Part shown: one piece after another, positions 49,563 to 63,700 of the stretch
Position numbering within the stretch: position 1 is the first letter of the stretch
How the letters are laid out: each line of letters opens with the position of its first letter
NCBI GenBank assembly: GCA_964016885.1
Contig: OZ024741.1
Span: forward strand, 175,770,001 to 175,834,000
Reading direction: 5' to 3'
DNA from: Eledone cirrhosa
Lineage: Eukaryota
DNA: 64,000 nt
Program-made: the position numbers and the translations under genes
The notes under the pieces: generated by a model
What the model was told of the DNA's origin: nothing
What the model saw: only the letters and a program-made list of their open reading frames with translations
Database searches by the model: none

Positions 49563-50255
49563 ACGCAGTTAGAGATAAACGACACGCTAAGTGCCCGCCC
49601 AATTACAGTTAATCGACTTTGTTGCTTCATCTATTAGAACGATAGCACAATATTTCACCAGATTTTTGTAAGCACAACTTTTTTAGCAAGTTTCACAAAA
49701 CTAGTTTTAAACACTGGAAAGACGATCGATATGGAGAGACAAATTATTGATATATTTAATGTTTAGTGATGGAAGCTATTGTAGTATTTAGAGTGAACAA
49801 TATTTTCTGTCACTTTCAAATATATTACTGAAGATGAATGGTTTGGTAGAATTAAAATTTGCCAAAATTCATAAGTGGCCTCTCAGTTTTGCTCAAATTA
49901 GAGTATGTATGTATGTATGTATGTATGTATGTATGTATGTATGTATGTATGTATGTATGTATGTATGTATGTATGTATGTATGTGTGTGTATGTATGTAT
50001 GTATTTATGTATATATGTATGTATGAATGTACGTATGTTTGTATGTATGTATATTAATTCATGCATGTATGTGTGTATATTATATTAATATATACATATA
50101 TGTGTGTTTAAGAATGTGCACATGCATACATCCCCACACAAGCACATATATGTAAATATATGTATATTCCAGAGTTGTGTCGGTGGATAACGACCGTTAA
50201 AAATATACTCAATACGTTGGTAGAGTATAGGCATCTTTATTATATGAATAGAAAG

Positions 50256-50304
50256 ATTTTTACAGAACTAGATCTGTTTCATTCGTAGGAGATCATCAGG
50301 AATG
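50256..50304 (-). ncRNA. Hammerhead with intact core but weak stems I and II
   Basis: Minus strand CATTC-CTGATGA-tctcctacgaat-GAAA-CAGAtctagtTCTG-TA-AAAAT. Confidence 0.55.
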
Positions 50305-50347
50305 TTCTGATAATTTCATACAATGAAGCAGTTCTATTCCTGTAGAA

Positions 50348-50457
<110 letters not shown>

Positions 50458-51580
50458 CATACACACACACACATATATATATATATGCACACACATATAT
50501 ATATATATGTATACACGCTCACACACACACACACATACATACATATATATATATATGAATAAGTGTGTGTGTGTGTGTGTGAAGATGTACATGTATACAT
50601 ATGTGATATCATACATAATACATGTATACATGTATGATGTATGCACACACTTACGGGCGTGTTAGCATGTGTATATTGAATTTATTCATGTAATAGTTTG
50701 ACAGCAATAAATCTGATTCAATTCTGAGAATGCCTAGTCACAAAAGAGTTTGTAACCAGATTCTTTAAAAATGAAATGGAATAACGACAAAGAATATTTT
50801 TTCTCTCTCTGTGTGCATACTATTTGACTAATAACAGTTACAACAACAACATCATTGCAGAATGACAACTTCCTTATCTACATTCCACCATAACCATTAT
50901 GTCAAAAATCTGTCAAAAACTGAAAAAAAAACCCCCAAAAACCATCTTGCTGCTTTAATTCAAACTTCATTTTACTGATGAACACATCGAAAAGTTTTGG
51001 CATATCTACATGCAGAAAAAAAACCGAAAAAACACACACGAGAATTGCTTTAAGATGGTGTGTGATTATGTGATGAAGTATGCATACACACACGCACACG
51101 TATGTATGCATATATGTACTCGTTTCTTTATCTTTCCCATTCGAGGTTGCCAAGTCCCAAAATGTTTTCCTTCTTTCAGTGTTTCTCCATCGACACACAC
51201 GTAAACGTCATATTTGCTTTCGAAAAAATCTATTTCTTTGTTCACACTGTTTTTATTTTTGAAGCACCTGTCTGTTTGTTTCAGACAAATGCGGTAGGTA
51301 ACTTCTTTTCTTGACACTGATTTGTTTGCTTTAGTCGAAATACACTCATATTCTATTTATTCATCCTTTATGTGTCCATTCTACATGAGCTAGAGACTTA
51401 CAAGATTCTCAGCGGCTGTACTACCAGTATGCATAGACAATACTTGTTACGTAAACTATTGTAACGTAGTTATGTAACCTACAGTCGATGGCTGAGGATG
51501 CGAATATTGTTTTCCATTTGTCTTTATCATTTATGTGTCCTTGTCCTCGTTTTTCTTATTTCTCTCCCTCTCTCTATTAC

Positions 51581-51716
<136 letters not shown>

Positions 51717-51747
51717 AGATCAAAAGATGGTTAAAGGAGTTCCATGT

Positions 51748-51816
51748 ATTTTATTATGCGCATTTCAAAAACAAACATCATCATGCAATAATATTTGTGT
51801 TTTCATCAGATAAAAC
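51748..51816 (-). ncRNA. Type I hammerhead ribozyme at the PLE 3' end
   Basis: Minus strand GTTTTAT-CTGATGA-AAAcACAAATA...TGTTTGTTTTT-GAAA-TGCGCA-TA-ATAAAAT; palindromic stem III ATGCGCAT. Confidence 0.85.
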
Positions 51817-52842
51817 AGGAGAACATGATATGAAGGCTAAAAAACACTTGTGGATAGTGCAGTTTTAAATCAACATATGAAAAGTGGTTTTAGATTGATG
51901 TGTGATATTGGGAAAAATATTTTATTTAGAGAGGGGGGGGAGGATGAAAAAGGGGAGGAGATGAGAGGGAGAGATGGGTGATAGAGAGAAAGAGATAGTT
52001 TTTATAACTGAGAGGAGATATATTGTTTTACATAGAGAGGTTGAAAACCGTTGGAAGATAATGTATAAATTAAAAAAATTTGAAAATTAACGAAAGGAGG
52101 ATATGTGCGAGGAAAAAGTATTTTATTTAGGGAGGGGGGGGGGGTGTGGAAAGGATGAAAAAAGGGGGAGGAGATGAGAGTGAAGGTGGAGAGGGAGAGA
52201 TGGGTGATAGAGAGAAAGAGATAGTTTTTATAACTGAGAGAAAGATATATTGTTTTACATAGAGAGGTTGAGAACCGTTGGAAGATAATGTATAAATTAA
52301 AGGAATTTGAAAATTAACGAAGGGAATTTATGTATGAAGATAGAGAGAAGAAATAATAATTGTGGATGAATATTCTAACGTCAAAAAAGGGTATGTTGAT
52401 AAGTATTGTGGCAATTTCAAAATTAACGAAGAGAAAAATTATTAAGGTTTGTGTGTAGAAGGATTTGAGAAAAATAATGTGAAGTTAAAGTTTGTATATT
52501 GGAGGAATTGATAATATATGCGAATAAAGAGTTAATATGTATTAAGAATGAGTTCGTTGATGGGGAGAAAAATAAATAAATTAAGGATGAAATTGAGATT
52601 AAAAAGATTTATGATAGAGAGAAAAAAAATAATGATTGCGGATGAATATTCTAACGTCAAAAAACAAATGTATATGTTATGAAGGATTTTACAAGGTGAA
52701 GATAGAATGAGGGTAATGAGTAAACAAGTATTATAGAGTGTATAATGCCCTTTAAAGTATGGTAGGAAGATGGGTATATTTTAAAGAGGTGGATGTATAT
52801 GTGCCTTTGAGAAAAGATTCTAAATTGATAAAGAATTGAATA

Positions 52843-54155
52843 TTAACTGTATACTTTGTGAAAAGTTCTATGGAATTTATGCAGGCAGATAGAAAACAAA
52901 TCTGTACGTCTATTTATTATAGAATCTAGGTTAGAGATAATGGTAAATTTTTCATTTAGGCAGAGATTACAGATTTTAGATAGAGAGCTGTTCAATTATG
53001 AGGATGCAGAAGAAACCTTCTTCCAAAAGATGGTATATTTAATGTTTTTGTCTTTTAAGGACCATATGAGTTCTGAGAGAGCAGTGTTGGTTCTTTTAAG
53101 TTTGTATTTGAAAGATGAATGATGATTATAGAGACGAGCTTTAAAAGAGGTGGAAGTGGAGCCAAAATAGGTGAAGGAATTGGTGCTAGTTATAATTTTA
53201 CATTCATAAATTAAGTTTTTATCGAGACAATGGTTGTTGAGAGGACATTTATTTTTAATGCGGCAGTTGCAATTAGAGAGATTATTAATGAGTGACCTAG
53301 TGTTATCTATAGAAGGAATTGGATTGGAGAAGTTGTTTGCGATAGGAATAATAGGAATAATAGTTTCTTGATTTAGAGTTGGATTATGAACATTTAGCGA
53401 AGTTGTGTTTGACGTTGTATTTGGGTTTACAGAAGTTAGCCTAGGGTTTACAATTACGTCGGGAGTACTATTACTGTTATTATGAAATTCAATGTTGGAA
53501 GGAAGAGATTTAGTATTTAGTATTTTATTGTTGTGTTTAGAGATGATGTTGGAAATATTGGAGGATGTGGAATAAGAAAATGTGATGGTGTGTTTGTTAA
53601 ATATTTTACTATAGATATGTGAGGGAGGGAAGCATTTATTTAAGGCACTAAAAAATAATTTAGGAATATTGTTATTAATAGAGATGGAGGAAGGAGCATT
53701 ATACCAGATTATGTTTTTGTATCTAGGTCTTTTATTAAAATTATTGGAATGATCAGGATTAATTATTCTACTGTAAGTTTTTCTAGAATTTGTTTCTTTA
53801 CTATATTTGATTTTATCTGGATAGCCGGCTTTAGAAAGTGCGTTATTATAGTAATTGGCGTTAGCATCAAAGATGTTTTTATTAGAGGATATGTTAGATA
53901 TTCTTTTTCCAATATTACTAACTATAGCATTCTTGATATTGGTAGGATGGTTAGATTTAAAGTTAACATTATTTAGGTTCTCATTGTTTTTATGGTAAGG
54001 GTAATATAGGCCAGTGTCAAGATTAAGAGATACATCCAAGAAATTAGCTAGTTTGATACTATTATCAAATTCAATTTTTAGGTTATGTTGGTTAAAGAGA
54101 TTACGTATATTGTTCTTAATAATATTAAGATTAACTATATTGCAATTTAGGATAG
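52843..54155 (-). pseudogene. Penelope-like RT C-terminus + GIY-YIG endonuclease
   Basis: NFLDVSLNL, CNCRIKNKCPLNNHCL, LIYEC, TYFGST, FKARLYNH. The frame continues past one TAA (52996) into ICNLCLNEK...NRRTDLFSICLHK. Confidence 0.92.
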
Positions 54156-54182
<27 letters not shown>

Positions 54183-54188
<6 letters not shown>

Positions 54189-56073
54189 ACAGGGAGAAAG
54201 AGACGATTATTAGGAAGAAAAATATACTTTTTTTCCTTTTTTGTTTCTCTCTCTCTTTTTTCTGGGTTAGAAAATGATTAAAACTAAATGTTTTACTTTG
54301 TGTGAAGTGTTAAGGTATTAGTTGATTTATTTATTATTTAACAATGACATTGATTTATCTATTTATAATAATTGTCTATTACCGGTTTCAGCATGTTTAT
54401 GCATTATCAAATGATAGTGAAATGTATTAGTGTGGTGTGGTACATGTTAAAGAGAAGATGCAGAAAGAATAATGTTATTTACAAACAAGGTTTATGAAGT
54501 GAAAAGAAAAAAGGAAAAAAGAAAATGAAAACGGACATAATGTAGAGCATAAAAAGTCAATGTGGAAGAAAAAATAATGTTATTATATATCATCATCATC
54601 GTTTAACGTCTATCTTTCATGCTAGCATGGGTTAGACGGGAATTGTCCAACTTGAGGCAAGATTGATCGGGTGATCCCGTCTCGCCGATATAGAATTGTT
54701 TATATGTACAAAATACTAGTAGTTTCTCAATGGCTATCCTGTTATATATCATTTATACTTCTTGTTTAATTGATTCTCTCAACTGATGTTCATGGAGCTT
54801 TTTTATTGACAAACATAATTGATATGTATTTTATATGTAATAGGATTATTTTCAACACACTTGACACGTATGTGTATATGTGTATATGTGTGTGTGTGTG
54901 TATGTAGATTGTACACACATGTGTAGTGAATGTTAGACGCTGCTTTCTGTAGTTTGTCATCACCCCTTCCTTCCTTATTCATTTTTAGTGTGTGACGTCA
55001 TCACCCCTTCCTTCCTCAAATTTATATATAAATTGATTAAACTTAAAATTAGTATATATAAATATATATATACGCCACAGTAGTTAACTGGTACATATTG
55101 TATCTACTCCACACAGATTGAAAGGATGAAAGGTAAGGCAAATGTCTAAATATAAATCTCAGCGAGATAACATATGAACCAGTTAACTACTGTGGCGTAT
55201 ATATATATATTTATATATACTAATTTTAAGTTTAATCAATTTATATATACATTTGAGGAAGGAAGGGGTGATGACGTCACACACTAGAGATAAATGAGGA
55301 AGGAAGGGGTGATGGCAAACTACAGAAAGCAGCGTCTAACATTCACTACACATGTGTGTACAATCTACATACACACACACACACACATATATATACGTGT
55401 CAAGTGTGTTGAAAATAATCCTATTACATATAAAATACATATCAATTATGTTTGTCAATAAAAAAGATCCATGAACATCAGTTGAGAGAATCAATTAAAC
55501 AAGAAGTATAAATGATATATAACAGGATAGCCATTGAGGAACTACTAGTATTTTGTACATATAAACAGTCCTATATCGGCGAGATAGGGTCACCCGATCA
55601 ATCTTGCCTCAAGTTGGACAATTCCCGTCTAACCCATACTAGCATGGAAGATAGACGTTAAACGATGATGATGATATATAATAACATTATTTTTTCTTCC
55701 ACATTGACTTTTTATGCTCTACATTATGTCCGTTTTCTTTTTCTTTTTTCTTTTTCTTTTCACTTCATAAACCTTGTTTGTAAATAACATTATTCTTTCT
55801 GCATCTTCTCTTTAATATGTGTGACACCACACTGATACATTTCACTATTATTTGATAATGCATAAAAATGCTGAAACCGGTAATAGACAATTATTATAAA
55901 TAGATAAATAAATGCCATTGTCAAATAATAATAAATCAACTAATACCTTAACACTTCACACAAAGTAAAACATTTCGTTTTAATCATTTTCTAACCCAGT
56001 AAAAAAGAGAGAGAGAAACAAAAAAGGAAAAGAAGTATATTTTTCTTCCTAATAATCGTCTCTTTCTCCCTGT

Positions 56074-56080
<7 letters not shown>
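54183..56080. repeat. Long inverted repeat, arms ~910 bp (54183-55097 and 55172-56080)
   Basis: Reverse-complement match with scattered substitutions; ~75 bp spacer; (TA)n at both outer ends. Confidence 0.95.
55845..55886 (+). ncRNA. U3-A8 variant minimal hammerhead (inverted copy at 54376-54417)
   Basis: CTATTAT-TTGATAA-tGCAT aaaa ATGCt-GAAA-CCGG-TA-ATAG. Confidence 0.6.
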
Positions 56081-56153
<73 letters not shown>

Positions 56154-56371
56154 CCTAACTTGTGTGCTTCCTCTCTACATTTTATTATATATATATATAT
56201 ATATACATATAATTTTCAGTATGTGTTAAACGCTGAAATTCGTTCATTCTTAATCATATGTTTTCAGTTCCTTAGAGCACTAACAACACACCATGGACCT
56301 GGGCATATCAATGTATTAACAAAGTAAAATATATTACAATATTATGTTTTCCTGTTTTTTTTCTGTTCAAG

Positions 56372-56438
56372 TTCGTACTGCCTGATGCTGTCATAGTTGT
56401 TGAATAATGGCTATCACTGAAATATATATAGCAGCGAA
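56372..56438 (+). ncRNA. Hammerhead with A9>C core mutation
   Basis: TTCG(ta)CTGC-CTGATGC-tgtcATAGTTGTT gaat AATGGCTATcact-GAAA-TATATA-TA-GCAGCGAA. Confidence 0.6.
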
Positions 56439-56483
56439 TATGAATAAACGAAGCCAATTTTACCCTGTTGAATTACACTTCTT

Positions 56484-56530
<47 letters not shown>

Positions 56531-56683
56531 GTATAAACAAAGTTTCGTAGACTTAACATGATTGCGTTGCCCTTGGTTTTGGGGTCCAGTTATAGAGAAG
56601 GCACTTTTAAACTAGACCTTGATTCCGGCACGTCGACATGGGGAGTAGCTCTCCTTCGACGAATTCTTCCTCCAAGATGGGAA

Positions 56684-56840
56684 GAACTCATCAGTACTAC
56701 ATCAACATGCTAAAATGAACATGTGAGCAGACTAAAAACATAAAAATAAAAATCATATCCACATACAAAAAAGACGCAATGCTCCGACAGATTACAGAAG
56801 CGACAAACATAAACGAACTCCAGCCAAAATTAAACAGAAA
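56684..56840 (+). pseudogene. C-terminal GIY-YIG fragment of the 5789-6130 Penelope-like family
   Basis: NSSVLHQHAK..EH..IKIKIISTYKKDAMLRQITEATNINELQPKLNR, overlapping the end of the 5.8 kb fragment. Confidence 0.75.
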
Positions 56841-57494
56841 TGGGACTTGCTTAGTTTTATTTTTAACATTACATCTGGCCTGTCTCGTATTATCTGCTTT
56901 TCTATTAAACGTTACTTTAACACCATGTGGGCTAATGTCTGATAGTTTGTATAGTCTGATACCAACTATATAGAATACCTACTCCCATTTATGATAGAAA
57001 TCTTGGTCTTGGGATCTTAATTAGCAAAATCGATAATTGGTGATTCATAACAATAAGATCGTTGGTTTGCGTCTTTTCTTCAATTTCTTGACACAGGTGT
57101 GTATAGCAAATTATTGAAATATTTACCCTCTTGAAGTAAATATATCTTCTTACAAATTAATTGTTCGGTATAGATGTACAAAATACTACGAGTGTCTCAA
57201 TTGAAAATATCGATATATATTCTTTTATGTGTCGTTTAAACTTATATATTTGATGCCCTGAACTAATGTTCAAGGAGGTTTTTATTGAGAAACACAACCA
57301 ATATAAATTTTATATGTATCGATTAAAAATAAATCCCGTATATAACCCCGCCCCCTATATAAATATATATATAATTATATAATATATATATATATATTAC
57401 ATATATATATTATATATAATTGGTGTTGGATGCTTAAAGCGTCCGTTTGCGGTAGGTCGTTTGAGCACTCGATGCGCTAATAGAACAGAGTATG

Positions 57495-60224
57495 ATATCA
57501 CAGAAAAAAATGGAGAATCAGTGTTGCGACCAATGGAATTTATTGGACATATTACAATCGTTTTTCTGGCGACCAGCTCGAGGCACGATCGATGTGATGA
57601 TCGAACCTGACTCTGAAAATCGTAAGGTCCTCAGATACGTCTTGATTCTACGAAGCAGACTTTCCTAATGTCCTTTTACATCGTTATCCTTCGGCTGTCG
57701 GCTTAGATCCTGTTGTTGTCATTCTATGAGTGGACAAGAATTGTACACGTCATCGATATTTCTAGCCACTCATGGTAGTCCACTATTTGGTTCTTTTCAT
57801 TCTCCACCTGTCAATGAAAGTTGTTTCTTAGATCGGAATTACTACTGTAGTAGGTAAGGGGTTGTATGCTTGAACTGCTGGCTGCCATTCGACGTCCTCA
57901 CTGTCTTTGGGGGCCCCCATCCGCACCGTCAATTCCACACCCGCAACTGTATTGTATGCGACAATCACCGTAAATAATGCTTGGAGGGAATTTTTAAAAC
58001 AAATTAGAAAAATATTTAGCATAACGTTTCAAGAACGCAGCCTCAGAATACCTTAAAACATACATATTTCAAATAGAAAAAACTTTGTACAAAGAACGTT
58101 TTTAAATGAATGCTTGGAACAGCCTTTAAAAAAAAAAGGTTATTTCGAAGGTATTTTTGATAAATATACACATATCTACACTTACACACTGTACTCAGGG
58201 AAGCGTGTATAGTTAAGACGCTGCACATATATATATACACAGATGAAAAAAAGAAAGATCTACACATAGGCATTCATACCTTCACACTGGCATGTTCATA
58301 TAAATACATCCACCCAGACATGTGTACACAAGTGCGCATGTATATGTGCGTGCACACACATACATACATGTACCCGCGTATGTTCATACCGAGGGCACAT
58401 ACTTGATGAATACACTCCCATCCATACACACACGCGCAACTGTGCACATGGTGCACATAGTATTATATGGGACAATGTTCTTGAGTCTTGGACCCAACCT
58501 GATCATGTGGCGATATAAGCCCGAAAGTGCATGCACAATATGCATAAATGTTATAGCCGCATAGTATCCCTGCACTAATCACATATAACTTGGGTGGCAC
58601 ATATATATAAAAATGCCTGTACGTACATAAAATAAATAATATAAAATAATATAATGTAAAATAAAATAAAATGCTGGAAAAAGGAATGTACACATGACAA
58701 GGATGCAGAGGGGGTCCGGACATTATTGGGGTGTGCGTAAAGTTGCATAAAATACTTGAGGGCTGTGGTGCATATGGTTATATAATATACATGGGGACTG
58801 GTGATCTAAGGTACTGGGTAAGAGTCTGCCATGATGCAGGTCTCATATCTGGTGGACCCATGGAGACCTTGCGTGTGTACACAAACAAGTTATATATATT
58901 GTGGATGTGTATAACATCCATTTCATAAAAGTATATATGAGATGTACATGGAGTGGATGTATACATGGAATATATAGGGTATGTGTTTCATAACAGTACA
59001 TATGAAATGTACGTGGAATGTATGCATGGTTGGAATGTGCCAGCGGCTTGTGTTGTAGACGTGTATATATCAACGGAAGGCAATGTTAAAATTAACTGCG
59101 ACATTAACCTTAAGACCAGCATCAGGTCCGGCATCTAAGTAGCAAATTAAACACCACGAATCGAAGATCGAAAATCAAAAATTGGAAATTTAAAAATTTG
59201 AAAATTTAAAACCCAGTCACTTAGATCACCAGTCCTCATGTATATTATATAACCATATGCACCACAGCCCTCAAGTATTTTATGCAACTTTACGCACACC
59301 CCAATAATGTCCGGGCCCCCTCTGCATCCTTGTCATGTATACATTCCTTTTTCCAGCATTTTATTTTATTTTACATTATATTATTTTAAATCATTTCATT
59401 TTATGTACGTAGCGGCATTCTTTATATATATGTGCCACCCAAGTTATATGTGATTAGTGCAGGGATACTATGCGGCTATAACATTTATGCATATTGTGCA
59501 TGCACTTTCGGGCTTATATCGCCACATGATCAGGTTGGGTCCAAGCCTCAAGAACATTGTCCCATATAATACTATGTGCACCATGTGCACAGCTTCGCGT
59601 GTGTGTACGGATGGGAGAGTATTCATCAAGTATGTGCCCTCGGTATGAACATACGCGGGTACATGTATGTATGTGTGTGCACGCAAATATGCATGCGCAC
59701 TTGTGTACACATGTCTGGGTGGATGTATTTGTATGAACATGCCAGTGTGAAGGTATGAATGCCTATGTGTAGATCTTTCTTTTTTTCATCTGTGTATATA
59801 TATGTGCAGCGTCTTAACTATACACGCTTCCCTGAGTACAGTGTGTGAGTGTAGATATGTGTATATTTATCAAAAATACCTTCGAAATAACCTTTTTTTT
59901 TTAAAGACTGTTCCAAGCATTCATTTAAAAACGTTCTTTGTACAGAGTTTTTCTTTTTGAAATATGTATGTTTTAAGGTATTCTAAGGCTAGAAATATCG
60001 AGAATGACAACAGCAGGATCTAAGCCGACAGACGAAGGATATCGATGTAAAAGGACATTAGGAAATTCTGCTTCGTAGAATCAAGACGTATCTGAGGCCC
60101 TTACGATTTTCAGAGTCAGGTACGATCATCACATCGATCGTGCCTCGAGCTGGTCGCCAGAAAAACGATTGTAATTTGTCCAATAAATTCCATTGGTCGC
60201 AACACTGATTCTCTTTTTTCTGTG

Positions 60225-60230
<6 letters not shown>
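57495..60230. repeat. Composite long inverted repeat (57495-57725 / 60002-60230 and 58038-58810 / 59220-59990)
   Basis: Mirrored ORFs in the track; the right arm lacks ~300 bp present on the left and ends in (TA)n. Confidence 0.93.
57546..57641 (-). ncRNA. Degenerate long-stem-II hammerhead (inverted copy at 60085-60180)
   Basis: Minus strand GACGTAT-CTGAGGA-(long)-AAAA-CGATTG-TA-ATATGTC; G12>A relative to 5498-5591. Confidence 0.5.
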
Positions 60231-60288
<58 letters not shown>

Positions 60289-60498
60289 CAAATAAGGCCA
60301 TGATACTAACATACTACTAATTCTGAATAAAATTATTATTGCTTTTGAAAACAACTGGTGATATGCATGTAAGTAAATATTCTCTTTATCTGATATTTTG
60401 TAACTAATATATAGATCAATAACGGAGTATAGCTACAATGTATTATCATCATCTAGAAACGATCTAATGACTTGATTTTTTATTTAATTGTTTTAACT

Positions 60499-60549
<51 letters not shown>

Positions 60550-60555
60550 GCACAT

Positions 60556-60602
<47 letters not shown>

Positions 60603-60884
60603 GCACATTAAGTACCAGTAATGCACTGGGTAATTGCTGGCCTTGTGCCTAAAGTAGAAACAATTATATATATATATATATATATATAATGTGCATTAGA
60701 CTTTTGCGATTAGATTGTATATTGATGGATTATTAATACCGACTCCCTACATTCAAAGTTCAGCCCCGGATGTTTTGCCTTTGATATTTCAGTTTAACAG
60801 ACTCAATATTAATGTCCATAGAATTATCTTTACTTGTTTCATGCCTACATCTAGGGAAGTACTAAATATATTCGTTCTTTTTAC

Positions 60885-60985
60885 CGGTATCGATAAAATT
60901 AAGTATCAGTTAAGTACTGGGGTCGATATAATCGGTTTCTTCCCCCACCGAAATTGCTGTTCTTGTGCTTTTATTAGAAACAATA
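60885..60985 (+). mobile_element. SINE 3' fragment
   Basis: TCGATAAAATTAAGTATCAGTTAAGTACTGGGGTCGAT...TTAGAAACAAT. Confidence 0.65.
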
Positions 60986-61342
60986 TTGTATTCTATATGT
61001 GCACATGGCCATTCCCATCCTCATTGTAATATTATCTGTTGTAGAAGAATACGTATTTAATATAAAATGCTTAACAATTACAGTTTAGACCATTTGAAAG
61101 GAAGCTTCACTGATTTTTGTTTTGCTTTTGTTTTTACATTTCATTTCTGGAAACCATCGCTATAAAGATTTTTTGAAAAAACAAAAGCAATAAAAACCAC
61201 CTAGTCTTTGACCCCGGTTTGTTCTAAGAGTTCAAAGGCCATGTTAGTTAATGGCAATCAATACATGATTTTAATCTGAAAGAGAAACGTTTGTCAAACC
61301 TTCAGTTTGCAAGTCATGCCACCTTTAACTTATTATTATTTT

Positions 61343-61562
61343 GGAGGGTGGATTGGCAGAATCGTTAGCGCGTCGGACAGCATGCTTTGCAGCATGGAGT
61401 TGTGGCCCTTTACGTTCTGAATTTAATTCCTGTCGAGGTTAGCTTTGCCTTTCATCCTTACGTGGTCTATAAAATAAAGCACCATTAATGCACTGGGGTC
61501 GATTTAATCAGCTTTCTCCTTCCCCCAAATTGTTGGCCTTGTGCCTATAGTAGAAACCATTA
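61343..61562 (+). mobile_element. Full-length tRNA-derived SINE
   Basis: GGAGGGTGGATTGGCAGAATCGTTAG head, GCCTTTCATCCTTACG core, GGCCTTGTGCCTATAGTAGAAAC tail. Confidence 0.85.
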
Positions 61563-62749
61563 TTTGTGACAAAAGTAGATATTTTGTGAAGCATTACTTC
61601 CTGATGCATTGATAAAGTATATAATATCTTTTTCTATATACCACGTTGTGAATGAAATTTGGTAGATGGAAGCTGTGTAGAAGCCCATCTTATACATATA
61701 TACCATGTACGTGCATATATATTTGCGTGTGTTCCATACTGCTCTTTATGTCCAGTTAAGTCGGCATATAAAGATCAATAAAATAAGTTAAAGGTTTAAA
61801 GGTAACTCCTGTTACGCATAAAAGAAATATTTTATGCAAGGGGTATTGAAGCATCACTTAGAAATAAATATGTCTGGTGGAACCACCAATAGTTCTTAAA
61901 GTCTACTGCTATATTCAATTTTATCAAGAAAATACTGAATTCAATCTATGACGTACCCGGTCTTATTTAACTCCCCTGTGGGTTTGTAGTCATGAAAGAT
62001 GAAATGCATGTTTAAATAGACCTCGCCTTGATTACATCAGATACGAAGGAATTGATGAGTAACTGAAAGAAATATATGTATTAATCTTCTTTCCTACTAC
62101 AAAGATTTGTTTCCTTTTTTAAATCAATATTCTTTTAATTGTCAGATAATTTCACTGGATAATCAAATAACTGGCAATTTTCTTGAAGATTATGTAAGTA
62201 AATCGTCTCTTATACAAAATATGGTCTTTATTTTATTGACTTCAACGAGATATATTTAGTGCTTTTATTCGTGAAGAAATATTATGTATATAACTATTTC
62301 TTCAAAAGAATTAATTTCACATTTCATGCTAGATAGTTTCAGACGGAGCATAGAAATTCCAAAAATACCCTATGATTAATTCCGAGAGAGAGATTGTGGA
62401 AAAATTGAAAATGTCGGCCATATATAGTACAACACTAGGCTAAAATGTTTTCCATGATTTAGTTTAGATTTTCAATTTCTAAGTACAAACTCTATCACGG
62501 TTCACTTTGTATTTTATCTCTTTAGACACAACTTGAGAATACTTTTCTGTTGTGTAAGAAGCTTACAACCTTGATATTGTCGGTGCCATGATATAATCAA
62601 TCCGAATCCGATACACACTATAAAGAGATTGGTGATAAGAAGGAAATCCAGCTGTGGCAACAGTCATGAAACTAGAAGGTATGTAAGCGAGACACGGCTT
62701 CCAGCCCATCTCAGAGAATAGATAGAATTGGTAGAACGCAAGGTAAAAT

Positions 62750-63175
62750 TATACTTACATCCTACCAATTGTGTTATATGGTCTTGACTGTGTTAATTGG
62801 ACGACAAGGTCACTCCAGAAGCTCTCTACATTCCAGAACCACATCATGTGTCTTATGACTGGCAAGCGGCTCAGCGACCGTATCTGTACCAGTGAGCTGC
62901 TCAACATTACCAAACGTAGACCAATTACATAAATTATCAAGTCTAGAGTACTCAAACTATACAGCCATATAAAAAGATCAACTCGTGGTGTGAGTAGGTT
63001 ATGCCTGGAAGGAAGGTTGGCTAGTAAGAGAAGCAGAGGCCGGCAGCCAAAACGATGGCTTGACAATGTCAACTTATGGTCTGGGCTTGATCTTTGCTCT
63101 TTGAACTCTGCTGATGATGATGGAACTTTCTGGAGAGAGATATCACATGTTAATGTGCACTCTGCAACTGGCTGA
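62750..63175 (+). mobile_element. RTE-type LINE 3' remnant
   Basis: YILPIVLYGLDC...KLYSHIKR...LCLEGRLASKRSRGRQPKRWLDNV. Confidence 0.8.
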
Positions 63176-63503
63176 GTGTAGCGTTACAAAAGAAGGTAAA
63201 ATATCACATCAGTATTTGTCCTTTTTTTCATATTATGATTTCAAATCCCACCGAGGTCAACTTTGTCTTTTATCGAATAATAAATAATAAATCAGACAAT
63301 AACTGGGTTTGATTTAATAAACATCACCTTTCTCTCAAAATTACAACGGCTATATGTTTATGCTGCAATCTTAGAAATAAACAAAAACCTACTTTCCGTT
63401 AGAATCGCTTAATTAACAGTGTTACTAAGCAGACGGTATTAGTTGAGCATTTATCTCATCCCCTAAGGTCAAAGCCTACATTTCCATATTTTTTCTATGT
63501 CAG

Positions 63504-63700
63504 GATCTAAAAGAAAAGTGCAACTAGAGTGAACCCCGCGAGCCTGAATGGCTATTTAATCACATCTTCTTCGTTGTCCTCCGAGCTACGCCTTTCTCCA
63601 TTCTTCTCGCAGGGACCACGAGGCGGCTTGTGTCGGGGGTTCCGCATACCAGAGAACATTCTCCAACATATTATGGACATGTTTAACTGCTGTTGCGATG
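63504..63700 (+). other. Candidate host exon (5' UTR plus start MDMFNCCCD)
   Basis: Polypyrimidine TTTTTTCTATGTCAG acceptor, a higher-GC island not repeated in this window, ATG at 63673, donor G|GTATGT at 63700/63701. Confidence 0.35.

Noticed and set aside
56640-56696. Minus-strand CTGATGA followed by a hairpin
   Set aside because: No correctly placed GAAA or stem I; it overlaps GIY-YIG coding remnant on the other strand.
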